Positions 21,172 to 32,000 of a stretch of DNA of 64,000 nt are shown piece after piece; the stretch's first letter is position 1, and the number at the start of each line of letters is the position of its first letter. The stretch is from a virus. The translations under genes were made by a program, and so were the position numbers. Where the stretch lies: IMG/VR virus record IMGVR_UViG_3300032272_000003, positions 1 to 64,000 of that record; one strand, 5' to 3'. The notes beneath the pieces are model-generated. The model searched no databases, was not told the origin of the DNA, and saw only the letters and a program-made list of their open reading frames with translations.

Positions 21172-22125
21172 TCACTTGTCAACCCACATCTTATATTTGA
21201 CCTCCGCTTCAAATGGATTAGTACAAATCCCCTCATGTATCAATCGACACATCACGAACAATCCATAATCAGCCAGCACCTCGTTGGCGTCCTTCTGATC
21301 CCAGTTAGGAATCGACATTCTCCACTTGTATGACTTCGCAACCTTCATAAAGTTCGATCCTGATCTGTCTGGTAGTAAGATCGGTTTCTTATTCTTCAAC
21401 AGGTATGCTTGTTTCTTGCTCACAGTAGAATGCAGGACAGCAACACCATTTGGTATTGATTTTGCATCATAGATTGATTCGACAACGATTGGGCTATCGG
21501 GCACCTTACCATCTGGGAGGTATATAAGATCACTGGTGCTTGTCTTGAACATCTTCTTATCAATCCGTCTTCCCTGGAAGCCAATCAGTTGTCCGTTGTA
21601 GTAGAGGGGTACCACTAACATCTTATCCCACATCCAACCATCATCATCATCATCGTTTACAGTGCGACCAATATAATAATCAGTATCATCAAGACATCTA
21701 TCTTCCAGGTACCGGCGATACTCGCTGTGAATTTTTGGATCATATTTTATAAACTCCTTTGGTATGGTTACTTTTTCAAACTTAGGCTTCTCGTAAAGGT
21801 GCTCATCGAATAGCTCCTTCATACCTGCACCCTTCTTCGAGGTTAGTATTCTGATCGGAATCTCGACACCTAATTGATTCAATAGATCACGAAGCTTACG
21901 TGACATAGGGGCACCAAAGCTCCACCTGGTTTTACTAAGTGGACATTTACCCCTGAAGCACGAATATCCTATATGGTCATGTCCAAAGAAGAAAGCACCC
22001 TTACCCTTCGTATCACCACAGGCAGGACAATTGAGCGAATGTGATCCATTGGTGGCGATCTTCTTGAACGTCACACTGGATTTGATGTTGTCTATCAGCT
22101 CTTGACCTTGCTCATCTGGAGTCAT
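21172..22125 (-). CDS. DNA primase-like protein (gp61/DnaG-type, Zn finger + TOPRIM)
   Basis: CPACGD...CFRGKC; GFQGR; VVESIYD; KDANE; DxD motif reads DRS. Confidence 0.85.
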   Translation of the reverse strand: MTPDEQGQELIDNIKSSVTFKKIATNGSHSLNCPACGDTKGKGAFFFGHDHIGYSCFRGKCPLSKTRWSFGAPMSRKLRDLLNQLGVEIPIRILTSKKGAGMKELFDEHLYEKPKFEKVTIPKEFIKYDPKIHSEYRRYLEDRCLDDTDYYIGRTVNDDDDDGWMWDKMLVVPLYYNGQLIGFQGRRIDKKMFKTSTSDLIYLPDGKVPDSPIVVESIYDAKSIPNGVAVLHSTVSKKQAYLLKNKKPILLPDRSGSNFMKVAKSYKWRMSIPNWDQKDANEVLADYGLFVMCRLIHEGICTNPFEAEVKYKMWVDK

Positions 22126-22840
22126 AATTTTGTCATCGCTACATATTCGTTAATTACTTCTTGATCCTCTGTTTCCCAGAGCACTTCGTCGTCGTGGTGA
22201 TCGTTAATGTATGGTGGATTAGGACCGTGCCCATGGCACGTTTGCCAATGCCATTCAATAGTTATTTCATATATACTGTATTCTGTGAAGAACAATGCAG
22301 CGTTGAACATACTCTCAACAAATTCCTCGTTGATGAAGGGGTCTACTTCAGCGACCTTGCCATCCGTCGTCAGTATGAGTATTGCCCACGGCTGTATATC
22401 TTCTGCCGCCTGTTCCTTTACACGCTTTCTGATAAGGGCTGATACCTCCGGCATCACACTCTCATCAAGGGCTTCTTGGTTCAACACCTTTATCATAGGT
22501 TCACGATCTTCCTCAAGTACGTTAGAGTCTCAACATCGTTGGTTAGTTCCGGGCTGCTCACCAGGAATTCAATCAACTTCCGATCCTTCTTCCTATCAAT
22601 GGGATGGAGAAGGTTGTTCCTGAGTATAACATAAAAGTCGTGTGTGAAGTAAGCCTCTGACACATAAAGAAGCTTACCATAGATATACGATGTCGGCGGC
22701 GGATTGCCACCCTTCTTCTCCAGGGCAGCTCCCACGATCTTCCTACCACGGATGTCGAGTAATATCCGAATCCCACCATCAACATGGAACCCATCTTTGG
22801 ATAGGGCTAATATGGGATAGAACACTACATTTTTCAACAC

Positions 22841-22848
22841 TATAAATA
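22841..22848 (+). promoter_or_regulatory. T4-type late promoter
   Basis: TATAAATA 6 nt before the ATG of the + strand gene. Confidence 0.7.
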
Positions 22849-22854
22849 CCCCTG

Positions 22855-23223
22855 ATGGATAAACTCTTTAATACAATTAGGCTCAAGGACGGTCGTGAAC
22901 TATATGGCATTGTAGATTTCATATCTACCAAGCAATTATATTTCTTCGACTTCAGCAAACCACTAGATCAGAAATACGATTTCGTACTTCTAAGCGTCTT
23001 ATGGAGGGGCAATACCAATGGTATGCGATTCTCCGTATTCTGTGCTAAGCACTACCCTGGCTTGATATTGCCCCAGGCAATACTCCTGCCGATTTCTAAC
23101 ATAGATGAGACTGACGTTGAAATAGTTCAAACACCAAAGGCGAAACAGCGGAGACGTAAAATTAAATACGTCAAGTTGAAATCCAAAGAGCGTAAGACTG
23201 TTTCAAAGGTCTCTAGCAGATAG
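22855..23223 (+). CDS. late hypothetical protein (counter-oriented)
   Basis: Fills the gap between minus-strand genes; late promoter. Confidence 0.7.
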   Translation: MDKLFNTIRLKDGRELYGIVDFISTKQLYFFDFSKPLDQKYDFVLLSVLWRGNTNGMRFSVFCAKHYPGLILPQAILLPISNIDETDVEIVQTPKAKQRRRKIKYVKLKSKERKTVSKVSSR

Positions 23224-23570
23224 CACTTCGGCGATAGTCATATCAAGTTCTTGGGACTCATCAACGAGTCCTTCGAGAAGTGCTATCGCCGCCATATTAC
23301 TCACATAGACCCAAACCTCATGCCCATCATATAAGAAATAACCCCTCACCTTCGGTTCACGGACATACATAATTTCGTGTTGCTTGTCCACGACAGGAGG
23401 AAAGTAATCCTCGAAAGAATACACCCCAGGCTTCTCTAACAATTCAACAAGGGCATTGTAACCGTTTGTCGGTGTGAATGCTAATGGTCTTGCCGCTATC
23501 CTGAGTGGATGTCTGTATTTCAACATAACATCATCCACACGAGCTATTTTGTCCCGACCAATATCATCCT

Positions 23571-24173
23571 CTAAAACTTGAATAAACACTTGGTGTCCCT
23601 CTTGTTCATGATACATACGATTTGTATGGCATAGGCAATAGCATGTGACTTCTTGAACGACATGCCACTCTCAGCACGACGGTATAGATTCTTACGTACC
23701 TTCTCTTTGTCCTTCAGGTAATCAGCCACGAACTTTGTTTTGCCTGGACGGATCATAGCAATACAGTCGGCCAGCTCTTCGATACTTTGTGGCTTGACCA
23801 TGGCCAACAGCTCATGGTGGTTCTGGACTTGTGGTAGTTCTTGAATGAACTCTTCATCCTCAAGCAGTGACCAATCCGGGTCCAATTCAGCGGCTATGAG
23901 CATATCTTCCTTAGTGTCAAAGATGTTGTAGGCCGTGTTGGTTAAGAGATCGATCTTTACGTACCCCATGGTCTCGGCATCCTTATGTTCGATGGATGAT
24001 AACCCTGTGTCTGGGTCGAGCGGTATGTTTGTGTCGATGTAATGTCCAGATGGGTGTGGCCTGATGTCTTCTTTCTGTTTATCGAAGATAATAGCCCTGA
24101 CACCATAGTCATCTGTATTGGTGTGGCTCTTCACATCGATATCAACATCAGCATTCCAACTCATACATGGCAT
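23571..24173 (-). CDS. stand-alone DNA polymerase III alpha (DnaE) catalytic core-like protein
   Basis: DVDID, HPSG, KIDLL, P.SIEELA..IA.IRPG, FKKSHA.AYA. Confidence 0.85.
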   Translation of the reverse strand: MPCMSWNADVDIDVKSHTNTDDYGVRAIIFDKQKEDIRPHPSGHYIDTNIPLDPDTGLSSIEHKDAETMGYVKIDLLTNTAYNIFDTKEDMLIAAELDPDWSLLEDEEFIQELPQVQNHHELLAMVKPQSIEELADCIAMIRPGKTKFVADYLKDKEKVRKNLYRRAESGMSFKKSHAIAYAIQIVCIMNKRDTKCLFKF

Positions 24174-24820
24174 CCTAAAAAGTTTTCAAGTCTCTCTTCC
24201 TGTACATAAGATAGACCCTCAATTATGGCAGGAGTTCCGAAGTTGTCGATCAGGTATTGTAATCCAACATCACCACGCTCAAGTGAACGTAGCATGAAAT
24301 TCTTGTCTTCCAACAATCTGTCTCTGTTTGAGTTGACAAACATATCGGATTCGTCAACTGATACATTACATCGTCTCCAGTAGTAATAATCTTTCAAAAT
24401 CGATTCCTTTGTCAGAATCGGGAGTATCTGGAACGCAGATTTGACATCATCACTAAACCGGTCGAGGCCGTATTGGATGTAAGAGAATTGTTCTCTGACA
24501 TTATTGTCGTAACAAAATATGTGGAACCTGGCAATGATATCGTACTGCTTGCTCTTCTGAAACTTGAAGAAGGACGACGTACCGTATTGTGTTGTCCTTA
24601 GCTGTTTATAGATTGTATAAAGGTGGCCTTCAGTTTCAGTGCCTTTAAACATATTACGGTATGAGTAACATAACTTCTCCGCAAAGTGCTTCTCTGCATT
24701 GGCCTTACGTTTATAAGACTTCTCACATACCGGGCATTTAAAACTACCATCATCAGAGGGCACCACGTCACCCACAAACATAGCTTCTAAATCGTTAACG
24801 ATTTCGACTGTCATTTCCAC
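24161..24820 (-). CDS. C2H2-like zinc-finger protein
   Basis: FKCPVCEKSY...EKH....C. Confidence 0.6.
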   Translation of the reverse strand: MEMTVEIVNDLEAMFVGDVVPSDDGSFKCPVCEKSYKRKANAEKHFAEKLCYSYRNMFKGTETEGHLYTIYKQLRTTQYGTSSFFKFQKSKQYDIIARFHIFCYDNNVREQFSYIQYGLDRFSDDVKSAFQILPILTKESILKDYYYWRRCNVSVDESDMFVNSNRDRLLEDKNFMLRSLERGDVGLQYLIDNFGTPAIIEGLSYVQEERLENFLGCHV

Positions 24821-25272
24821 TCCTTCTTAATCTTGGTTATATCTGGCTTTTCATAACCAAGCTCTTCGGCCAGGTCAACCAGATCATCGACGTTCAGGAT
24901 ATTTAGTGCGTCGCTGGCGTGTTGTTCGTTGTAGCTGTAGTACGCCTGGATTGCCTTCAGCGAGAGAGGCTTCTGCTTAGTCTTCTTCGGGATTGAGTAC
25001 TTCATCCTGGCACCTGGTTCTTTCAATGCCACACAGAGAAGCCCGAGCTGGAGCTTTTTATGCTTGCCAATGGCAAAGAACTTCCGATTGACGAACTCGT
25101 TAAGGTAGACGGCATGAAAGTCCTGGTCGGTGTTTATACCCATACCCCACAACATCAGAACGTATGGCTGTACTGATTTGAGTGTTTCTTCGTCAAGGGT
25201 ATTGAAGAAATCGATGTTGCCGTCAGCAATCGCGTTCAGTACCTTGAATATGTCGATCTTGTAAGCAGCCAT
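24811..25272 (-). CDS. clamp loader small subunit (gp62-like)
   Basis: DIF.VL.AI, PYVL..W, NEFVN, I..YY.YN...A.DAL.IL pattern; replication context. Confidence 0.7.
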   Translation of the reverse strand: MAAYKIDIFKVLNAIADGNIDFFNTLDEETLKSVQPYVLMLWGMGINTDQDFHAVYLNEFVNRKFFAIGKHKKLQLGLLCVALKEPGARMKYSIPKKTKQKPLSLKAIQAYYSYNEQHASDALNILNVDDLVDLAEELGYEKPDITKIKKEWK

Positions 25273-27171
25273 TATGTCTCCTAAAATTTAGACAGTGCTG
25301 TTGCCATCTTTATAACATCTCTACCCAGGTCGGTCAATTCATATCGGATGAACTCAAATTTACCTTCTATGAATTCTACCTTATTGAGGAGTTTTAAATC
25401 CACCAGTTCTTCCATCGGTTCTATCACACCAACGAAAGCCGCCTTTCCTTTAGTAGTATCAGTAGTGATCAAGAACAACACCTGTTGTCCTGATAACTTT
25501 GCTACAATGTCAACTTCGTTCATAGGTCCATTGTAGCCCGTACCAATTTACGTAACCGCACACCCAATGGAGTGAGAACGAATACATTATTACCATGTAT
25601 ATCACCCGCGTATATGACAACATCAATAGATTCCAAATAACACACAGCATTACGATCATGTACGAACATTGCTAATGCCGGTTCACCCCACACTGTCATC
25701 TCAGAGAATGCATACAAAATCACTGATCGATGTTTTTTATCGATAGAATTGAGTATATCATACTCATCTTTGGGCGAACCAGCAGTAGCCATGGCTGTTA
25801 TCGACGCAACATTAGCTTCTTGGCAGTCTTGTACATACCACGGAAGCAGTTGGGATCGAGTACACGACGAGTTACGTCGAAAGTTTTGTCTGGGTTGCCA
25901 TCCTTATCCTTCGATAGGATATAACGCTTCTCAACGATTTCAACGTAGGCAACTTCCACAAAGCCCTCTGGCTTGTTACGAATGGCTGCTTCACGTAGGG
26001 TCTTACGAAGTCGTTTTGCCGCTTTGGCGTTAAAGTGTCCACGTTTCATGTTTTCTTCTCCTCGGTTAGTTGTTTAAGTAATACGCCACGATATTCTATC
26101 TGACGCTTGTTGGTGCTCCACTCACGAACAAGTCTCTTGAACGTGAAATCATCCATAACCTCATTAGGGTCAACGATGAAGTTGTAATCGTTAGAGTTGT
26201 CGATTGTGAAGATAGTTCCATCGGTGCCTCTGAGTTTACCACTCTGACTGATATGATCTATCTCCTTAATGAATAGTTCCATTTCTAGGACGGTCATCTC
26301 AAAATGTGTTGCCTTCGAACCTAATGTCTTGAGGTCATTCAGCATCTTGTCCATTGTTCTAATCAATGGTGTCTTCGATTTCTCCATGAAGAGTTTCATA
26401 ATCCAGTTACTCCGGTTACGGCAATCCATATCGAAGTGCCTACCAATGCCGTCATAATAGTTACTATAACAGCAATCACTATCCATCCCATCCAACAGTG
26501 CTTGTGGTTCTTTTTGAATTCAGACTCTGGTGCAGTATACCCACACGACGAGCACTGTGATCGGTTCTCGGGTGGAGTTGGTTTTGGTGGCCTCTCCATC
26601 ACCATGCCCTGGTTCGCCGTTTAAGCAGTGTCATCACCTGATGATGTAGTGATGGAAACACATCGGCACTGACCGTTAACATCAAGTCATCGAGCACACC
26701 ATAAACTGTTATGCGTGTCCTGGTCTTAGAAACACCTGTAATGAAGTTCGCTGGAATGAAGGTATCTTCTCCGTCATCAGTCACAACCCTTACACCGTGT
26801 TCTGTTACTTCAACAAATGGCTTACCCATAACTCTTCTCCTAAAATGCTATTACTGCTGCCATTATGGCGTCACTATCATTGAAACCCATTTCCTTCATC
26901 TCGTATACTGTATTTTCAAATAGACTTGCCCTTTGTGAAGAATCTACTGTGTTAACAATCAAGAACATATTAACATCCTCACGGAAAATGAATCCATCTC
27001 TAGTATCAGCATATTGTCCTGGTGATAAATGTTCTGGCTGGTCATTGGTGAACAATGCGGCAGTATTAACATGGAGGCATGTGCCTTCAGCAAAGCTGCC
27101 CCATATCAAACGAGTTATCGTCCGGTATCGTTTCTTGATCTCTTCAACAGTGACTCGCTCTACATTAACCA

Positions 27172-28311
27172 TTAATTGTACTCCGTTCCGCCTTTACGTA
27201 GCAAGTACTTTTCACTGACACTCTTCAGTGCGACTCGACCACATGTGTTATTATACCGCTCTTTCACTGGTTTGACAACCACTCCTTTGCGGACGTTGGT
27301 TCCTGAAATAGAATCCTTACCGTTGGTGTGCTCTGTCAGGGCTTCATTTGAGTATGGACCACGGTACAATACGGGTACTCTTTCAAGCTCCATCTCCAGA
27401 CACCAGGCGTCAAGCTCAGCGTCGTCCAGGTAACGTCTCTCACCCTTACCATTGGTAACCATGACATCGAATACCCGGAAGCCATGTTCGTTCTGTTCAC
27501 ATCCATACGTGAGGTCTTGAACCCCCTTACCATAGACTTCGCCCATGATATAGACGTTTGCCTTGTATGGAATTCTCATTTTGTATAGCTTGCTCATCAG
27601 GTTGAACTTGTCAAACGTTTTAACGTACAAGTTGCCACGGTTCTCATGTGCCAATAACTTGAGTGCCAGTCCTTTTGCCGCCAGTCCTTTACTCGATACC
27701 AAAAACTGACATGTGCCGGTACCTTCATCATCACTGGTTTCATACTGCATACTGTCAACACAGGCCGCTATCAGGAATGTGCCATGTAGTTTCTCGGTCA
27801 TGACAACCTCTTCACCGTCTTGGAGAACATCTGGAAACTTCTTGATGTTCTCAACATCATAATTCACCAGGGTGTTGATGCCGACTGCGAATGCTTCTCC
27901 AGACAAGCTGGTGGGTACCGGTGGTACGTACTTGATGATGCCCAGGTCTTCCATGACATTATCGCCATCGACCACGCTTATTTGGTCGGTCTCTTTCTCC
28001 AGCGTTAGATAGATTCCAAAGTCGTCCCGATCTAGTGGGATTACTAAACCCTGTGACAGGATGCCACGTAGCCTAATGGCCTTAACACGATTGTGTTGTT
28101 TACCAGCAAGGCGTCCTTCGAGGCCAAGTTTAGAGATAAGCCAGTCGGGAAGGACTGCTTGCTCTGGGATGTAAACTACAAGATCGCCGTTTTGGTATTT
28201 GCCCTTCTGGACAATAGCCCGGTAACCGCCTACTACAGCGAGTTCCAAGGCATCAGCATTGGGATGCTCTTCGACCTGTATTTTACAAATATTAACCTCA
28301 AATGACGCCAC
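27172..28311 (-). CDS. RNA ligase, DRB0094 family
   Basis: N-terminal HPNADALE module; EKLHGT, GEVYG, FDV, xGVVVKP, LKSVS..YL. Confidence 0.88.
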   Translation of the reverse strand: MASFEVNICKIQVEEHPNADALELAVVGGYRAIVQKGKYQNGDLVVYIPEQAVLPDWLISKLGLEGRLAGKQHNRVKAIRLRGILSQGLVIPLDRDDFGIYLTLEKETDQISVVDGDNVMEDLGIIKYVPPVPTSLSGEAFAVGINTLVNYDVENIKKFPDVLQDGEEVVMTEKLHGTFLIAACVDSMQYETSDDEGTGTCQFLVSSKGLAAKGLALKLLAHENRGNLYVKTFDKFNLMSKLYKMRIPYKANVYIMGEVYGKGVQDLTYGCEQNEHGFRVFDVMVTNGKGERRYLDDAELDAWCLEMELERVPVLYRGPYSNEALTEHTNGKDSISGTNVRKGVVVKPVKERYNNTCGRVALKSVSEKYLLRKGGTEYN

Positions 28312-28323
28312 CGATAAACCCTC

Positions 28324-28863
28324 CTATTTTACTTCAATCATTTTACGCAGTGAGCTTTCAAACTGTGAGAACCCACTATCTTCATCATAGTACCGTAGTA
28401 GCATCATGAAGTCAACTGCTTCGCCGTAATCCATTTCGATTGGCTCACGGCCTTCAGACATGATCTTAATACCGTTACCATTGTCTTCGATGAATGCCCG
28501 TGTCATATTTCTGAATGATGCTGTCCAATTGTTGGAATCAGCATAATGCATGAACACAAATCGCTTATCAACATCATCATCATCCTCAGCAGTGCACATA
28601 TTGAAATCTTTAACGGTACCATCACCAGCACTGTACATGTACAGAAGGACGTTTTCAACCTCAGTAATGCCTGGGTCTTCAACATCATCTGAATTGCATT
28701 CTGGTACAAACGCGACTGGTTCTTCCTCGTCTACCGGGGTGTGTCCATCCACCACATCAATACCGCAGTCTTTAAACGACTGTACAAAATCATCGAAAGT
28801 ATAAGTAATAACATGACTATCCTCCATACTCTCCCATATATCATGTATCTGTGAAATCTCCAT
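28324..28863 (-). CDS. acidic hypothetical protein
   Basis: 179 aa, GAGGAGG RBS. Confidence 0.65.
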   Translation of the reverse strand: MEISQIHDIWESMEDSHVITYTFDDFVQSFKDCGIDVVDGHTPVDEEEPVAFVPECNSDDVEDPGITEVENVLLYMYSAGDGTVKDFNMCTAEDDDDVDKRFVFMHYADSNNWTASFRNMTRAFIEDNGNGIKIMSEGREPIEMDYGEAVDFMMLLRYYDEDSGFSQFESSLRKMIEVK

Positions 28864-29030
28864 AAATTCCTCCTCTTAAAGAATAAGGGCCAGCCCACAT
28901 GGACTAACCCTCAGTTGTCACTTACTCGCCACCTTCCATCATGTTGTTGGTGTCAACCGCTACGGCGACACCACCCAAACCAAAGGCCAACATACTCCAA
29001 AGTACGATACTTGCAAACATAACATCTCCT

Positions 29031-32000
29031 TTATCCACATTTACTTGATCCACAGTTCTGGCACTTAAAGCAACCTTCACTATAAATCACCTGTCCTCCA
29101 CATTCGCCACAGCTTTCGCCTTCGACCTTTTCACCATCTTTGATGAACTGTGAGAGGAACTTCTTGATCTGGAACAGGAAGGTACCAACAAAGATATCTA
29201 ACGTGTCCAGTCTCCTTACGATATTCTTGATCAAAACACCGTGCCTCAGTAGAAGAGATATTGCTCTACAAATCTTATCAGAGTTGTTGTCGCCTGATAT
29301 CTTCTTCTTAACATTGTCTACATGTTCTTGTTTGATACACTTCTCTACTGCAAGTTCCAATAATCCGTCGATTGCATTCGAGGTCTGAACTGTAGGTTCT
29401 TTCGCATTGGTCTTAACGAACAAAGCGAACGGTCTGTTAAAGTTACCATCATGTGCCACCATTGTCAAGTACCATTTCTTACCTTCAGCCTTTATTACCT
29501 TAACCCTGGCGTCGGCATCGTTTGGAAGTTTGACATCATCAAGGATGATCTCTTCCTCAGTATGCACATCTTCCTTCTCGGCCAACACAGTCGCCATGGT
29601 ACCAGCACGGTACGTGGTGATGCCTTTGATGTAACCAGTATCATAGGCGTCCGTGTAGATTTTACAGAAGTCATCATATGGGTAATCGTTCGGGACGTTC
29701 ACAGTCTTACTGATAGCACTGTCAACATATTTGGCAAAGCCCTTGAGATCACTCACATGTTCTTCAACCGTCAGGTTCATAGTTGTCTTCGCCCATTCAG
29801 CGTTAACATCCCACTCACCACGAGCTTTCATTGCACGTACACCATAATCCTCACATAAGACTTCCCTAGTCAGGCCACGGTTCTTATCGATCTTGTAGAC
29901 CACTTCATTATATTCACCTTCGTTATACACACCACGTAGGATTTCTTCATCACCCTCTTTGGCAAACTTGAACAGCTCGGTCTCTTCCCACTCACCTTCG
30001 AACCACTTAGGACAAACATCGGCGATTTCATCGGGCATTGTATTCACGATCACAGTACGAATGTACTCTGGCATGAAGACTGGTTCGATACCACCAGATA
30101 CGACGTTGGCGAAGATACTGGTATTTCCGGTAGGTTGGACAGACATAAGTGACGAGTTACGTATGCCTGTGGTGCTGAGCTTTTGCATGTAGTCTTTGCT
30201 CAGCCCTAACTTCTTAACAAACGGGGCGTCAGCGTGAGCCTGTGGATCACAGAGGGGGAATTTACCCTTCTCTATGGCCAGGTCGATGCTCGCCTCGTAG
30301 GTAGCGATGGACATTGTTTTCATCAGCTTCTCACGAATCTCAGCGGCACGTTCTGAAGCAAATGGAACCTTCAGCATATACAGGGCAGATGCCCATCCGA
30401 GAATACCACAACCGATACGACGCTTATTGAGCATTGTCTCTTTGTAGATTGGCAACGGTGCACCAGATGTGCTTAGAACGTTATCCAAGAAACGAACCAT
30501 GATCTTTGCATACTTCTTGATGGCATTGTAATTCAGATCAGTGAATGTCTTGTTTATGAACTGGGTGATGTTCAGACTGGCCAAACAACAAACGTTGCCT
30601 GGGCTGAGAGTTTGTTCACCGCAATTATGTGCCACTATATTATTAGCAACCAGATTGTGGGTATCCTCTACTGTAATATCGTATACATCAGTTTTTGGGC
30701 CTTCTGATATTGATACAATACGAACATACTGGTTCTTTAGGTTTGTTCGTAGATGATCTGGCATTGGAACAATCGTCTTCTTTCCCTTATTACTACCTAT
30801 ACCACTAATGAATCTCCCAGAAGCCTCACATTGCTCTTGGTGATCATTATCACAACCATATCTAGTCAACGTCGCATGAGAATATGCAGCTCCTCTACGA
30901 GTGCGGCACAGATGAACTAGATTATCACCTACTGATAAATCCTTTGCTTCAACATACCCAACCCCTGTAACATATATTTTATGATTTGGGGTGACTGTCA
31001 ATTGTGATCCAGTATTGGTGGTGATAGTTAGCGTTTCTGTATTGGTTCTTGTTATCCAAGATGCAGATGCACGTTTCATAACTAATGAGCCATCAGAGTC
31101 CATAGAATATACGTGTGTGGGTGCTGTGATATCCTTAATCATCACTGGCCCATCACAGGTTTCTATAACTGTTTCTGGATGAAAGCATGGATTGGTTGCA
31201 AAGATTTTCTCAAGGTAGTTTAAAGGATTGAAATAATTAGCCCTGTCGAGGAACAACACACCAGGCTCGGCACGATTGTATGTACCCTGCATGATCTTAT
31301 CCCACAACTCTTTGGCTGATATAGTGTCATAGACGACCGTTGGATAACCCTTCGATTGCCACAACGCCATGTCCCCGTTCCACTCGGCCTTATATGCTTC
31401 GAACTTTGTGTTCGGGAAGATCAGCTCCCATTGTTCGTCATTCTTTACCGCAGCCATAAAGTCATCAGTACAGTTGACCGATATGTTGAACTTGGTTAGA
31501 CGACCAGCCTGTTGCTTGGCGGTGATGAACTCTAAGATGTCTGGATGCCATACATCCATCACACCCATCATGGCACCTTTGCGAATCTTACCCTTAGCCT
31601 TCTTGTTCTTCGATTTCTTCCCAGAACCGGCAGTGATGATGTCTGAAGCTTTATCGAATAGCTCCATATACTTCACGGCTCCGGGCGACTCAACGCCGAT
31701 ACCATGTATGAATGATCCACGGGGGCGGATATAGCTGAAGTTCTCACCCCACCCACCTTCTGACTTGAGGGTTAAGGATTGTGATAGTAGATGTGCATAG
31801 ATGCCTTCAATTGAATCAATATCGTAATCACCACGAGGGCCAACAAAGCATTGACCCGTCAATATACCATAACCAATCACCATAGTGTGTGTCTCTGGTT
31901 CAACACAACAAAAAACTTCTTCTATACGATTAGTAGGCTCTACTGCTACAACCTTTATGGTTTGGTTCATCTTGGGGACTGGAGAAGCAGCCATCTTATC

